A stretch of DNA of 64,000 bases, from positions 62,001 through 126,000 of the forward strand of contig NMRA01000673.1 of NCBI GenBank assembly GCA_002633005.1. The letters are read 5' to 3'. The notes below the pieces were generated by a model. It ran no database searches. It was not told where the DNA came from and saw nothing but the letters and a program-made list of their open reading frames with translations. Both the position numbers and the translations under genes were made by a program. Shown here one piece after another: positions 45,201 to 54,389 of this stretch (within the stretch, counting starts at the first letter, position 1; every line of letters starts with the position of its first letter). The DNA is from Phoronis australis. Its lineage: Eukaryota > Animalia > Phoronida.

Positions 45201-48200
45201 CATATAAATATGTATCCACATAAAGAATTTCATTGGAAATTAAATGCGATCCCATTCTATTTGTTTAACCACTAAAACTAAGAAAAGCTTTGGCGTTACA
45301 CAAAGCTCTGTTTTTATTTAAACGAAATGCAGTGTATATTCGTTGCCTCTAAATTTCCAAAGAAAACAGTTAATCAAAAACACACGAGCCCGTGGCTTTT
45401 AGACAGATAACGCATGACCAGCGGTAACGCAGTGCGTGCACATGATAGACAAGTTATATAATATAGAAGAGTAAACGGATTAACTTTTACAATTCGTTCT
45501 ATGACTACTCAACAATTAACGACATAATTTTTGAAAATAGTATGCCGCAGGTCCTTGAAGCTTAATACACGGCAAAACTTGTTATAAGTGTGATGCAGTC
45601 AACTTACAGATATGCAGCCGTTTTCAGCCAACGTGACAGATTGACCGCCGCTTGGTGAGAGTTTACCAATATATGACGAGCAGCTGCAAGAACATTTTAA
45701 CAACTTTTCATTAATTCACTGATGTCTTTTGTGAGATGGCATTTACATGAAATTTCCAAACGGGTTTAGAAAATTAGACTCTCTTTTTTGCCATGATGCA
45801 CTTATAATTCGACAACTAGGCGCTGTTCTACCTAATAATCCAGTTGATCTAGGTATTCCGCGCATTCATTCACAAGTTTTTCTGTAACCAAACAGGGTCA
45901 TCACGGCAAAATTCTGCAGACGTCATTGTTTAGATTGGCTTTGCCTGAACAAGTTAACGCATTGCCGATAATACGTACATTTACGGCTGAATCATGAGTA
46001 GCGGCATAATTCTGCGTAATTTTCAGCTAAATGGGACTCTCCACGAGACAAAAAGGCATTACGTCGCATCTCAAGCTAATGCTATAAATTAGAGATACAC
46101 ACTACGACGGTTACCCAATCACATCAATAGTTCAATTCGCAAAATTCAACAAAAGTTTTTTTTTTTAATTTTGATTATTACTCCACAGCACCTGTGAACT
46201 ATGGTGATCAACCAGGTTTTATTTTCTGCAGCAGATAGTAATTGGTAATTTTCCAGTTGACCATATATAACTTCCTCAATGCGATGATGTCACATTTTCT
46301 ATCCTTACGGTTGCACTGAACAGTTAGACTGCGGCTCGGACCAATTCGCTGTGCCAAAATATTAAGCTGCAGGGATAGGCCGTTCTTGACGGCAGTTTTT
46401 AGGTACACGTAGGCATTGCACGTAGACTCGGTGAATATGGTTTGTTTGTAGTTTTGAACATCTGGGGAATGAAAAAAGACCACTTGCTCAGATGTAGCTG
46501 CACTCTTCTTTTTGAAGATGGCGACTCCCTTTGTCAATTGTGCATTGCTGGGTAGCGACTGAGAAATTGGGTGCGACTACAGGTAGCCTTCAGACAATCC
46601 AGAATTGCAAAAAAAAAACTATTTTGTTGACATTACTTTTGGACTACATTTTTGGAATTGGTAGAGTATTTGTTTTGAGAATCTAAAGGTGATTTTTTTC
46701 CTGCACCGACAGGGAAGTAATGGTTTGTGGTTGATCTTGCGTTTTTGGCCATCTTTTCATAACCTACCTTGCCTTTCTGTAGGAGTGAAAGGGCTAAAGA
46801 TACAGGACATAATAAAGCTTCTGTGCTCATCAGTAGGGCTTTTTGGTGTGAAAGCACAGAAAACGTCCAATTACTTACATAGGGGTGTTCGACAGATTGA
46901 AGGTGACCAACTTAGTGCTGTGTTTTGCGGTACTGCACAATTTGTTGGTGCACAGAGTCTGGTTGGCGGTAGTGTGCCCTAACTTGATGTTCAGTCCCAG
47001 CTGCGAGTCTAAGTCGAGCTTCAATACCATGGGACTATGAATGATCCAAACATTGGCCAATTGAATAGCAAGCCCCTTAAAACACAGCACCTTTTTTACT
47101 GGTTCGTAGACTTACATTGCACACAATTGATATCTGTATTTAGAAAGAAGGGCATTGAATTTAGTTACCACGTTCTACAGGTACATAGGTATGTTTTTTT
47201 CTAGAAGGCATCTGTGAACAAGGCAGCTTGGTCCGAGTCCAATGCATGCTCCTATACTCAGATAAGATTGCTTGCCAGCACATGATGTGTGCATGTACTA
47301 CAACGCAATGGTGCTGACCACAAGGCAGAAATACAAATGTAAAGTTGAGATTGGAGGCTTAACGAAATTTGTACATGTAAATATCGTTGTTTAAACAAAT
47401 ATAAGACCTTACCCTCTTCCATTGCCGATTTTCAAATAATGAGATTCCGTTGTTCTCCGAGGAAATCGTAGACAAGTCTCATTCTCCCAATGCTCGATTG
47501 CCTCTTCGATTTTTGCATTCGTGGTGCTCTGCTGAAAAGGTCTCGTCGTGTCATAGTCCCAGGGTACCACGCCGTTCGGCCAATACGAAACCCATGATGC
47601 CTGAGATGCTTTTCGCTTGGATATTTGGTCAAACTACAAGAAACATAATTACATGTCACACGTAACTTTCGTGCCGGTTTATTTTAAACCAATCTTGGAA
47701 AATGTGTTTTCAGGCAATAAGCTACACCAATACGCACAGTTTTGGAAATTGTTCAGTTTCGTTTGTTTATTTTATAAACAACAGCAATCGATAGACATAA
47801 TTTATCGGTACACGTACTCCATCGATACACGAACTGTTATTCAAAAATACAGGCGGACTCTTCACCAAGGAGCTGTTCACTAAGAATTGCAAAAATGATA
47901 GACCTATAGAGACTAATGTGCCGTTATATGAGACGGCAATGCAAAAAACGTTATAATATATTTAACTTAAAAGTTTCTCAGAAAAACATGTTCCCCACCG
48001 GAGAATTAATTTCATAAGTTACAACATAAAGAAATTGCTACCTCATCTCCAGGCTTTTCACTTTCCAGTCCAAGTATGACCTTCTGAACATGCGTTAATA
48101 TTACGTCTTCACCTTTCTCATCAGGGTTCACGCTATGGGAGACGGGCTTCTGAAAATAAAACCGATTTAAAAGCAACTCCAGCTCAAAATCGTAATTTTG

Positions 48201-51200
48201 AATATTCGAACTACCATTGGCTGAGACTCTCTCATAACATTCAACGTTTTAGTTGTTCTTATCTAAGCACGGTAACCAAGCTCTTCCATTTTTTTAATAG
48301 AGAGCCACGCGTTTGGGTCCGGAAGTACCCTAAAAGTACATTGTATGACCAAACACTACTTCCGTTTGAACATACAGAGAGTAATTCACGTCAATTGGGT
48401 GTCTAAGTAATTAAAAAATAACAGAAGTGGTCTTTTACCCTCGTTAGCGTGGAATACGGTAAGTTACCGAAGTGCTCGGTAAGCATTAATCAGCATTTCG
48501 ATTGCCACACCTTAAGTCAACTGAAATGTCGTAAGAGGGTTCCAACCGAGTTGTTTTGTTCTATCAGAAGACAATGGTCACTTTTAGACGGCATCTTTGA
48601 AATTGTGTTCGGAATCTTTAATCTTCTTTTCCTGTCCCATCACACTATCAGCATTCACTTATTTTTACCAGTTTCTAGTTTCAGATATTCACAACTAAAA
48701 GAAAATTTTATAGGTAAAACACCATGCATGTACCCGCATATATATGTATTCGCATTTTACAGTCTATTCACAAAAATGGAATATTTAATTCAGGTATTTT
48801 GTAAACAACTGAATGCACATTGGTAGCTAGTTTCTTGTGACATTTTTTCGCCACGTTGTCAAAAAGTGGTTATATTCTAATCTAACTTCTTGGCTTTCAT
48901 CATCAAAGATTAAGGAATTGTGTCACAATTTTCGGAACAACATATTGCGCGGTATTGTTCAAGCACAGTGATTTCACTTAGTGGCATATTCCAATAGGAC
49001 TGCCCACGGGAACAGAATTTTCCAAATGTCATTTACCTTTTCACTCCCAGTCTTTTCCACAAGAATTTGCCTCTCATGCTCGCCCTCTGACGCCACCTGT
49101 AAGTGTAAGTTCAAAATTGCTAAAATTGATATGCCACAGTTAGGTACAGTATGAGTACTGATATCCGCTTTTTAACTAAGGCGGGACAGCCTAGTAAGTA
49201 CGCAATGTTTACCCAGAGGCGCTCTCGTTGTTTTGGTCACGTAAGGCGCATGGACTAAGAGAAAATGCCAAAGGACATATCTTATTGAAAGCTTGCCAAT
49301 GGAAACAAACCTACAGGAACGCCCATCTTCGTTATATGTATATATATCCAAGCGGAATCGTTGTACAGTGTAGGTGGAGATGCATTAAACTAAGGAGAGG
49401 AGAGAAAAAAGCAGGCACCACTTAAAGAACACATGCGTTAGAGGGCAGCATCTGCTTCCACTGATCAGGACCAAGTATACACCTGTGACATGCGCACTTT
49501 CAAAGACAGGTGTTTACGAAGTTTGCCTGTTCTGCAACAATTTTGGTAAATCAGCATTTTGGTTGAAGTATTTAAGGTTGAGTAGGACCTTATCGTCAAG
49601 TCTGTATTTGGCCAAATCTCTTCAAAACTGTGCACTTCAGCTTCCAAAAAGTACCTACTTAATTCATATACATATACGTGTTCCCATACCCATATCTATA
49701 CAAATGTTTTTCTCATACGCGTTGAATCAGTCGAGTGCAATACGGCAAATTAATAATGTTTTCCGTATTTACCTCCCGTACTACTTCAACAGTGACCTCT
49801 GACATGGATAGTTCAAAAGTTAGGTCAATGTCGACCCACTTCGTTAGCCGGTTCGACCATCAAACTTCCCGAAAATGGTTTAAAGTAATACAATTGTTGC
49901 AGTGTAAATAACCGTAAACATGCAATCAAGTCTAAATCGTAACATCTGGAACAGGACTGGTAATTATATGACAGTTCTGTCTCAGTTTTCAACTGCCAAG
50001 TATTAAATCGTCTGCAACTAAGGCGCCGATTCCTCGGTAACTACAATATCACATATTGTTGTTGTTTAACTATTTTCATGAGTTGTTACAGGTTCAGTGC
50101 ACAGTCACCGTTGTTTTCATCTGTGTTATCTCTTATCAAATAATAAATCGTTACATTTAAAACTGTTTCTTTTACTACATAAAATTTACAACGTGATGCG
50201 TAAGTACATGTACATGAAGGATGTGGCCCCCCACGTGAAAGTCTTAGTGTTGTATTAAAAAAATCTGCCGAAAAATGAAGGAAACTTAGGAATTCGAAGC
50301 GAATAGGATAAATATCACGATCGGTGTGGATGAAGAAATATCCTACTCGACATTATAATGTCTCGTGGGACATTACTTCTGTAATCATCTACTCCACTCT
50401 CGTTGCGTTTTGTGAATATATTTTTACGGTACACCTGTCGAATGGTCAAATCTTGGAGTCCCCTAAAGGCTCCACAGAATATATTTTGAACGCTTCACCC
50501 AAGCACCAGAAGCCAGTTGTTTTATTAGTTTCGTCCTGACAGGTATCAGTGCTAAAAAAGCAATGCACTTTACCTCCGTTCTTTTTGCGTGATCAATTTT
50601 TTCCAATTCTTCTCCCAAGCGCTCTGTTTCCTTTTCGCTTATTTCTTCTTCATCCATGGAAGACCATTCTCGAAATTCTTCCAAAAGTTTATTTTCCGCT
50701 AATTTCTCGGAAACATCTTCACCTTCACTTCCCTGAAAAGTATTATGAATAATTGCCGTCTCAAGCACTGGCGGGACACCCAATGCATAATGCAAATATT
50801 ATTGCTGGTGAGATTACGATTAACTATTGCGCCTATGAAACCAATAGGAGGAAATTGAAACTACGCAGGATGGCAAAGAGTAAGCACAACACAAAGTATT
50901 TAATATTGTGCCCGCATTTCACAGCAAACGCTATATTTCTAAGTATTCTTGTAAATTAATTCCATGTGTATCTAAGTATGTAAGGTACAAGGAGGCAAAA
51001 TTTGATCACAAAAAGAAGCTGCAATGGTCAGAATTATCAGAAAGTTGTTGGTGTCTCAAATTCAACTAACATCAAATCAAAACAATAAGAAATAACGTTG
51101 CAAGAAAGATAATGAACGTGATGCAAAGGGACACAACACTAGGCATACAAACTGACAGGTCTAGTCTTACGCCTTTTCGTCAGCAGAAAACTTGAGGTAT

Positions 51201-53722
51201 GACAGATACAAAGCAAGACAGAAACTAATATAACAGACCCGTGTGGATTCGGCTCAACACTGGTAGTTGTCATGACAAGCCTAAAACATAAAACGGTCGC
51301 TAGAGGACACATCTAAAGTCTGAAACTCGTCGTCATTCTTATCATCTACATAGGAACATATCTGTCACACTATGCAAAGGTCCTCCAAAGAGTTAAAAGA
51401 GATACATACGTGGACGCCAACAAAATGCCATTAGGGTTAGCCACAGAAGTCGATTTTGTCTGAAAATAAGTATCAGCTGCGGTCTTTTCATCAGTAAAAC
51501 ATATTCCAATTTCCACAATTTTCTTCTGAGCGCTTGGGCGGATGGGAAGGTGGACATTCAAAACACTCATTTTTGTAACTTGTCACCAAGTGACTCGGAA
51601 TATGGCAAATACGTAAGAAAATAAAAAAGCGTCATCGTCTATTTACAGAAGCCTATGTGCTAAATTTCATGAAAATTTATCAAAGAACTCGGAAGATACA
51701 GATGCAAACGTAGAAAACTTCTGCTAAGAGAAACACCTGTAGTCTCATTGGTCTGAAAATCGCCGTCATCCTTACCATCTTCATAGGAACATATTTGTCA
51801 CACTATACAAAGATCTTTCAAAGAGTTAAGGGTATACATGTACATCAGTGGACGCAAAATGCCACAATAGTCGTACCTGTCTGACAATATGTGTTAGCTG
51901 CGGACTTTCATCAGGAAAACATCTTCCAATACTCATATTTATTCTCTGAACTCTTCGGACGTCAAAAAACTACTCAATTTTTAACTTGCCACCAGGTGGT
52001 GCGGAATACGTCAAATGCGTTCGAAAACAGAAGACGCCATCGTCTCTTTAGAAAAAACCTACACGCTACATATCATGAAAACCTATCAAGGAACTCGGCA
52101 GATACAGAAACAAACGTAAAAAATAAAACTGTCACTTGGTTGCATACCTGTGGTGGGATGGGTATAAAATTCGTAGTCATCCATTATCATCTACATACAT
52201 AGGAAAATATCTGACAAATTTCACAAATATCCTCCAAACAATTGTAGCTGCGTATCCAAAACCAAAAAACATGTCACTAGAAATCCAGTGCCAGTCGTGT
52301 ACTTTTCATCACGTGAACATCTGCCAATTTTCATAATGATCCTTTGAGCAGTTTATCGGAAAGAAAGTTGAACGTTAAAATGTACAGCCAGCAGGTGGTG
52401 CAGAATACACCAGATACTCGGAAAACAGTAAGGCGTCATCGCATCTATGATAGAAACCATTTTGCTAAGTTTCGAGCAATTTCATCAACTGTAGGAACTT
52501 CAAAAATACAGTGGCAAACATAAAAAGTAGATTTGAGTATAAGTGGCAGAGCGATAGTAGAATAGATCCGAACCTCGTTTTAGTCTGTCTTCAGTTTAAT
52601 AGGAACACATCTGTCATATCACATGATCCTTCAAGGGGTTTATTAGATGAGGACACGGGACGCAAGGACGCCCGCCGGACGCTCAGGCATAGATGAAAGC
52701 AATATGCATACATGTACTTGCACTCATATAAATATTTGGGTGCATAAAAATGGCATTATAGGGTATAGCAGTTAGCTAGATATTCCAAAATGTCGTTGTC
52801 AATCGTTGTCACGTTCACGAAAATACACTTGTCAACTTTCACGAAGATTCTGCTGAGTTTTAGGCTTGGTTTCATAAAAATAAGTCATAATAATCCAAAT
52901 ATACGGAATAAATCGGAAAATATAAAGCTGCCACTTGGGGTAAAATTGGTACTTGTATCCGTCCAAAGAACTATCATCATCATAGCCTTTTTAATAATAC
53001 ACTTGCCAAGTTTAACAAAGATCCTGCAGAGGGCTTAGAGATAAATCCCTAGACGCACGAAAACAAAAGTGTGCTTACGAAGCACCACAGTAGGCTCAGC
53101 CGTCCAAAAGTCGACGCTAGTCGTCCTCTTAACAGTAGGAACATACAGTATAAGCCAATTATATCTTCCTTAGATTGGTTTAGCTGATCCTTGGTATAAA
53201 CAGACTCGAAAACAATAACAATTATTACAAAGTGTAGCGCAAGAATTCAAATCCATCTCAAAACGGCATGTTTGTGTCATCTGACTAATAAACAAATATC
53301 TGTCTAATTTTGTGAAAATCCGTTAAGGAACTCCAAAGATACAGAGGTAAACATTAAAAAGCATTATATTGTAACTAGGGGCCACATCGGAAGCCCGATC
53401 TATCCCAAATTTCGGCCATGCCTATCCATTGATAAAGAGAGAAAAATATACAAAATTACATGTACATGTACATACTTCCAAGAGATTTGGAGATATAGGA
53501 TCGGACGCCGTACGAATGGACGGACGGACAGCAGGGATGTACCTGTCTAACACTTTATTTTACCTCGTTTTTCCTAACGTTATCGAACTCTTGCAATTCT
53601 TCTAATATATCCTTAATTTCCTTTTCCTGCTTTTCTTCCCCATCAAAAGAGGACCAGTTTCGAATGTCTGGCTCAAGCTGGTCTTCTTCTGAATTCCTGG
53701 TAACGTCATCGAGCTGAACGTT
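2826..53722 (-). CDS. Multi-exon astacin-family metalloprotease (BP10/SpAN- or meprin-like): propeptide-astacin-EGF-CUB-EGF-(MAM)x>=7; incomplete at both ends
   Basis: 40 exons with AG/GT or AG/GC boundaries and matching phases, except at one assembly N. Zinc motif HExxHxxGFxHEQSRxDRD, Met-turn SDMHY, CUB motif SPGYPNNY, MAM motifs CDFE..C.W, TPS.GTGP, YCFSF..HMYG, GDIAID. Confidence 0.93.
3667..4937 (-). mobile_element. HINE-like element, copy 2
   Basis: Colinear with copy 1, same termini. Confidence 0.8.
5171..5297 (-). CDS. MAM7 exon b (GC donor)
   Basis: GGTPSSGTGPSGAADGNYYLYAEVSSP, 127 bp, CAG|gcaagt. Confidence 0.88.
6285..6373 (-). CDS. MAM7 exon a
   Basis: NAASCDFENDNVCMWKQVHTDDFDWTVRS, 89 bp. 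Confidence 0.9.
6441..9058 (-). mobile_element. Possible decayed DNA transposon with transposase relic
   Basis: Imperfect termini ttaaaagaggcatggaacg / cgtccaaggcctctttaa. Frameshifted DLVS/LEAKYHRLSCYK and FCLEFIESKLL...LSKL at 8100-8360. Confidence 0.4.
9477..9720 (-). CDS. MAM6 exon d plus longer Thr-rich linker
   Basis: 244 bp, WKGDIAIDTLVLKTGPC followed by ST..TT repeats. Confidence 0.88.
10073..10254 (-). CDS. MAM6 exon c
   Basis: 182 bp, SYCFSFKWHMYG. Confidence 0.9.
10493..10619 (-). CDS. MAM6 exon b (GC donor)
   Basis: 127 bp, CAG|gcaagt. Confidence 0.88.
11056..11144 (-). CDS. MAM6 exon a
   Basis: 89 bp, SCDFENDNICMW. Confidence 0.9.
11360..11567 (-). CDS. MAM5 exon d plus linker
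   Basis: 208 bp, GDIAID motif. Confidence 0.9.
11928..12109 (-). CDS. MAM5 exon c
   Basis: 182 bp, NYCFSFKWHMYG. Confidence 0.9.
12643..12806. mobile_element. ~160-bp MITE with CAGGGGC(C/G)G.TCCAGGA-type TIRs (Harbinger-like); duplicates at 15778-15937 and 18945-19105, relative at 21591-21751
   Basis: caggggccggtccagga ... tcctggatccgcctatg inverted termini. Confidence 0.6.
13633..13759 (-). CDS. MAM5 exon b (GC donor)
   Basis: 127 bp, CAG|gcaagt. Confidence 0.88.
14196..14284 (-). CDS. MAM5 exon a
   Basis: 89 bp, SCDFENDNICMW. Confidence 0.9.
14499..14706 (-). CDS. MAM4 exon d plus linker
   Basis: 208 bp, GDIAID motif. Confidence 0.9.
15065..15246 (-). CDS. MAM4 exon c
   Basis: SYCFSFKWHMYGSSAMGDL, 182 bp. 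Confidence 0.9.
16788..16914 (-). CDS. MAM4 exon b (GC donor)
   Basis: 127 bp, CAG|gcaagt. Confidence 0.88.
17357..17445 (-). CDS. MAM4 exon a
   Basis: SCDFENDNICMWKQ, 89 bp. Confidence 0.9.
17667..17874 (-). CDS. MAM3 exon d plus linker
   Basis: GDIAIDSLVLKTGPC, 208 bp. Confidence 0.9.
18234..18415 (-). CDS. MAM3 exon c
   Basis: HYCFSFKWHMYGSSTMGDL, 182 bp. Confidence 0.9.
19949..20075 (-). CDS. MAM3 exon b (GC donor)
   Basis: GPTPSSGTGPSGAAGGKNYLYVEVSSP, 127 bp, CAG|gcaagt. Confidence 0.88.
21100..22600 (-). mobile_element. Older, diverged HINE-related internal repeats (related sequence also at ~12430-13400, 15570-16560, 18740-19730)
   Basis: Degenerate subunits with aaatttcatgaaaat and cca(t/c)tag(a/g)tggc motifs. 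Confidence 0.45.
22812..22900 (-). CDS. MAM3 exon a
   Basis: KEASCDFENDNTCLWKQLQVDDIDW, 89 bp. Confidence 0.88.
22909..24514 (-). mobile_element. HINE-like element, copy 3 (extra internal repeats)
   Basis: Same termini. Absent from the paralogous intron in MAM4-6. Confidence 0.85.
24715..24922 (-). CDS. MAM2 exon d plus Thr-rich linker
   Basis: WQGDIAIDSLVLKTGPC followed by S/T/P-rich sequence, 208 bp. Confidence 0.9.
25341..25519 (-). CDS. MAM2 exon c
   Basis: YCFSFKWHMYGSNSMGAL, 179 bp. Confidence 0.9.
25990..26116 (-). CDS. MAM2 exon b (GC donor)
   Basis: GSTPSYGTGPSGAADGSYYLYTEVSSP, 127 bp, CAG|gctagt. Confidence 0.87.
27027..27115 (-). CDS. MAM2 exon a
   Basis: AASCDFENGDTCMWSQLQTDGFDW, 89 bp. 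Confidence 0.9.
28589..29046 (-). CDS. MAM1 exon d plus PTNP-repeat linker: VAFRAKRGSGYTSDIALDDISL..GTC(TNPP)n
   Basis: DIALDDI motif. The frame breaks only at the assembly N at 28794. Confidence 0.88.
28655..28962 (-). repeat. Coding 12-bp minisatellite encoding (TNPP)n, about 25 units
   Basis: ggtgggtt(t/g)gtt repeats on the plus strand. Confidence 0.95.
29767..31133 (-). mobile_element. HINE-like element ends flanking the assembly gap (copy 4, possibly two elements)
   Basis: acaagagcaacgcagagcgttgaaatgcgcccac at 29767, and the GACG microsatellite plus hairpin end at 30812-31133. Confidence 0.7.
30088..30811. other. Assembly gap (N run)
   Basis: Run of n characters. Confidence 1.
31765..31940 (-). 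CDS. MAM1 exon c: YCFSFDYNMYGSAMGDL...GNQGDTW
   Basis: MAM motif, phase 1-0. Confidence 0.92.
32611..32743 (-). CDS. MAM1 exon b: GGTPTWGTGPS...GYIYAEASYPRNPGDVAVLQTP
   Basis: MAM TP..TGP and YIY.EAS motifs, GT donor. Confidence 0.9.
33294..33382 (-). CDS. MAM1 exon a: TCNFDDSKLCAWGQSKDDQFDW
   Basis: 89 bp, C.F....C.W...DW motif. Confidence 0.9.
34126..34236 (-). CDS. EGF exon: DPCLKCPSRTTCSLAGPQPTCECWAGLQGTHCD
   Basis: Six-cysteine EGF spacing, phase 1-1. Confidence 0.9.
34702..34850 (-). CDS. CUB exon 3: YCGHME...MMLVFDT...KGFSFTARA
   Basis: YCG and F.T....GF CUB motifs, phase 2-1. Confidence 0.9.
36113..36299. repeat. Intronic (CTG/CAG)n microsatellite
   Basis: Perfect gct run at 36171-36231 with imperfect flanks. 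Confidence 0.95.
38176..38306 (-). CDS. CUB exon 2: GPQETDSGIIVTFDDFEV...NCVHSLEI
   Basis: I..F.DF.V...C...LEI CUB motif, phase 0-2. Confidence 0.9.
40550..40668 (-). CDS. CUB exon 1: ECGGVYNL...IVSPGYPNNYPLNKKCVYVIR
   Basis: CGG...SPGYP..Y....C CUB motif, gttttcag| and |gtgag boundaries. Confidence 0.93.
41268..41390 (-). CDS. EGF-like exon: DCTDVCFNHGYP...CGCKCPRGLTGDC
   Basis: C.N.GY...C.CP.GL.G..C pattern typical after astacin domains, phase 1-1. Confidence 0.9.
41615..41741 (-). CDS. Astacin C-terminal exon: AFNINGLPTI...GLTFYDAKMANLVYNC
   Basis: F..NG.PTI and D....N..Y.C motifs, splice sites in phase 0-1. Confidence 0.93.
42832..43023 (-). CDS. Astacin catalytic exon: [24 protein letters not shown]...YDLESDMHYSLY
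   Basis: Astacin zinc-binding signature and Met-turn, with tttcag| and |gtgag boundaries. Confidence 0.97.
43444..44767 (-). mobile_element. HINE-like element, copy 5 (with adjacent fragments at 43303-43443 and 44770-45060)
   Basis: Same termini and internal repeats. Confidence 0.82.
45608..45683 (-). CDS. Astacin exon: (G)CSSYIGKLSPSGGQSVTLAENGCIS
   Basis: ttcttgcag| acceptor, |gtaagt donor, GC.S.IG motif, phase 2-0. Confidence 0.93.
47413..47633 (-). CDS. Activation site and astacin N-terminus: FDQISKR/KASQASWVSYWPNGVVPW...IEEAIEHWENETCLRF
   Basis: ttcttgtag| acceptor, GG|gtaag donor. WP.GVVP and W...TCLRF astacin motifs. Confidence 0.93.
48042..48149 (-). CDS. Propeptide exon (108 bp): KPVSHSVNPDEKGEDVILTHVQKVILGLESEKPGDE
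   Basis: ttttattttcag| acceptor, GAG|gtagca donor. GEDVILT resembles the astacin propeptide (F)EGDIxL motif. Confidence 0.8.
49037..49096 (-). CDS. Propeptide exon (60 bp): VASEGEHERQILVEKTGSEK
   Basis: cacttacag| acceptor, AAG|gtaaat donor, phase 0-0. Confidence 0.7.
50574..50732 (-). CDS. Propeptide exon B (159 bp): GSEGEDVSEK...REWSSMDEEEISEKETERLGEELEKIDHAKRTE
   Basis: cttttcag| acceptor, GAG|gtaaag donor, phase 0-0. Confidence 0.82.
51320..53530 (-). mobile_element. Older, diverged HINE-related copies
   Basis: Degenerate aaatttcatgaaaat and ccaccaggtgg repeats, hairpin end at 52721-52750, gacggacgg at ~53520. Confidence 0.55.
53564..53722 (-). CDS. Propeptide exon A (159 bp): NVQLDD...RNWSSFDGEEKQEKEIKDILEELQEFDNVRKNE
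   Basis: tttatttgcag| acceptor, GAG|gtaaaa donor, open in phase 0-0, paralogous to the next exon. Confidence 0.8.
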
Positions 53723-54389
53723 CTGCAAATAAATTGGTGTAGTTTCCAGTTTTACTGAACAGCGGAGTACGTTTTATAGAGATAGTCATTACACAATTGC
53801 TTGAACTATAACAAGATGATCGATTTTCTGATCGGTCTACCATATTAGTCAAACTCTGCAAGTAGGTTTATTTCAAAAATTCAGGTTAATGTGATTCACA
53901 GCAGGTTTTCACCCGGTTTTGACAAAACACGGCTGAGCCCGCTGAACAGGAGTGTAATGCTCCAAATGATTAGTGACCACATTTCTTCTTACCGTTAGAA
54001 CGCACTTTGGGAATCAGTCACGAGAACACATTCTAACGCCTGTTATTGGTTTTCCTTGCCTCAAATATGTTAGTATAGATGGAATACGCCACAATTTTGT
54101 ATGAATAAGGAAACATCTCTAACAAAACGTATCAATAATACGTAAACGCTTTCCACTTGTGACCGCAGTCAAAGGTAGGCCTACATGTATGTCGAGAGCC
54201 AGCACATCAGTGACGAATCATTGACTGACTATAAAAATAGCCTGGTAACCAGACATGCATGAATAAGACAGTAGGGATTAAAAAGTGTCCTATCGCAAAG
54301 CCGGCTGAAATTAACAGGGCAACAAGCGATCATATGGAAGCGTACGGTGGCTACAACATCCCACAGGCTCCACATCAGCCCCACAATGC

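Noticed and set aside
46208-47345. Possible nested gene or RING-like remnant (FLPCGQHHC) in an astacin intron
   Set aside because: No sustained frame or complete motif, so it cannot be supported without a database search
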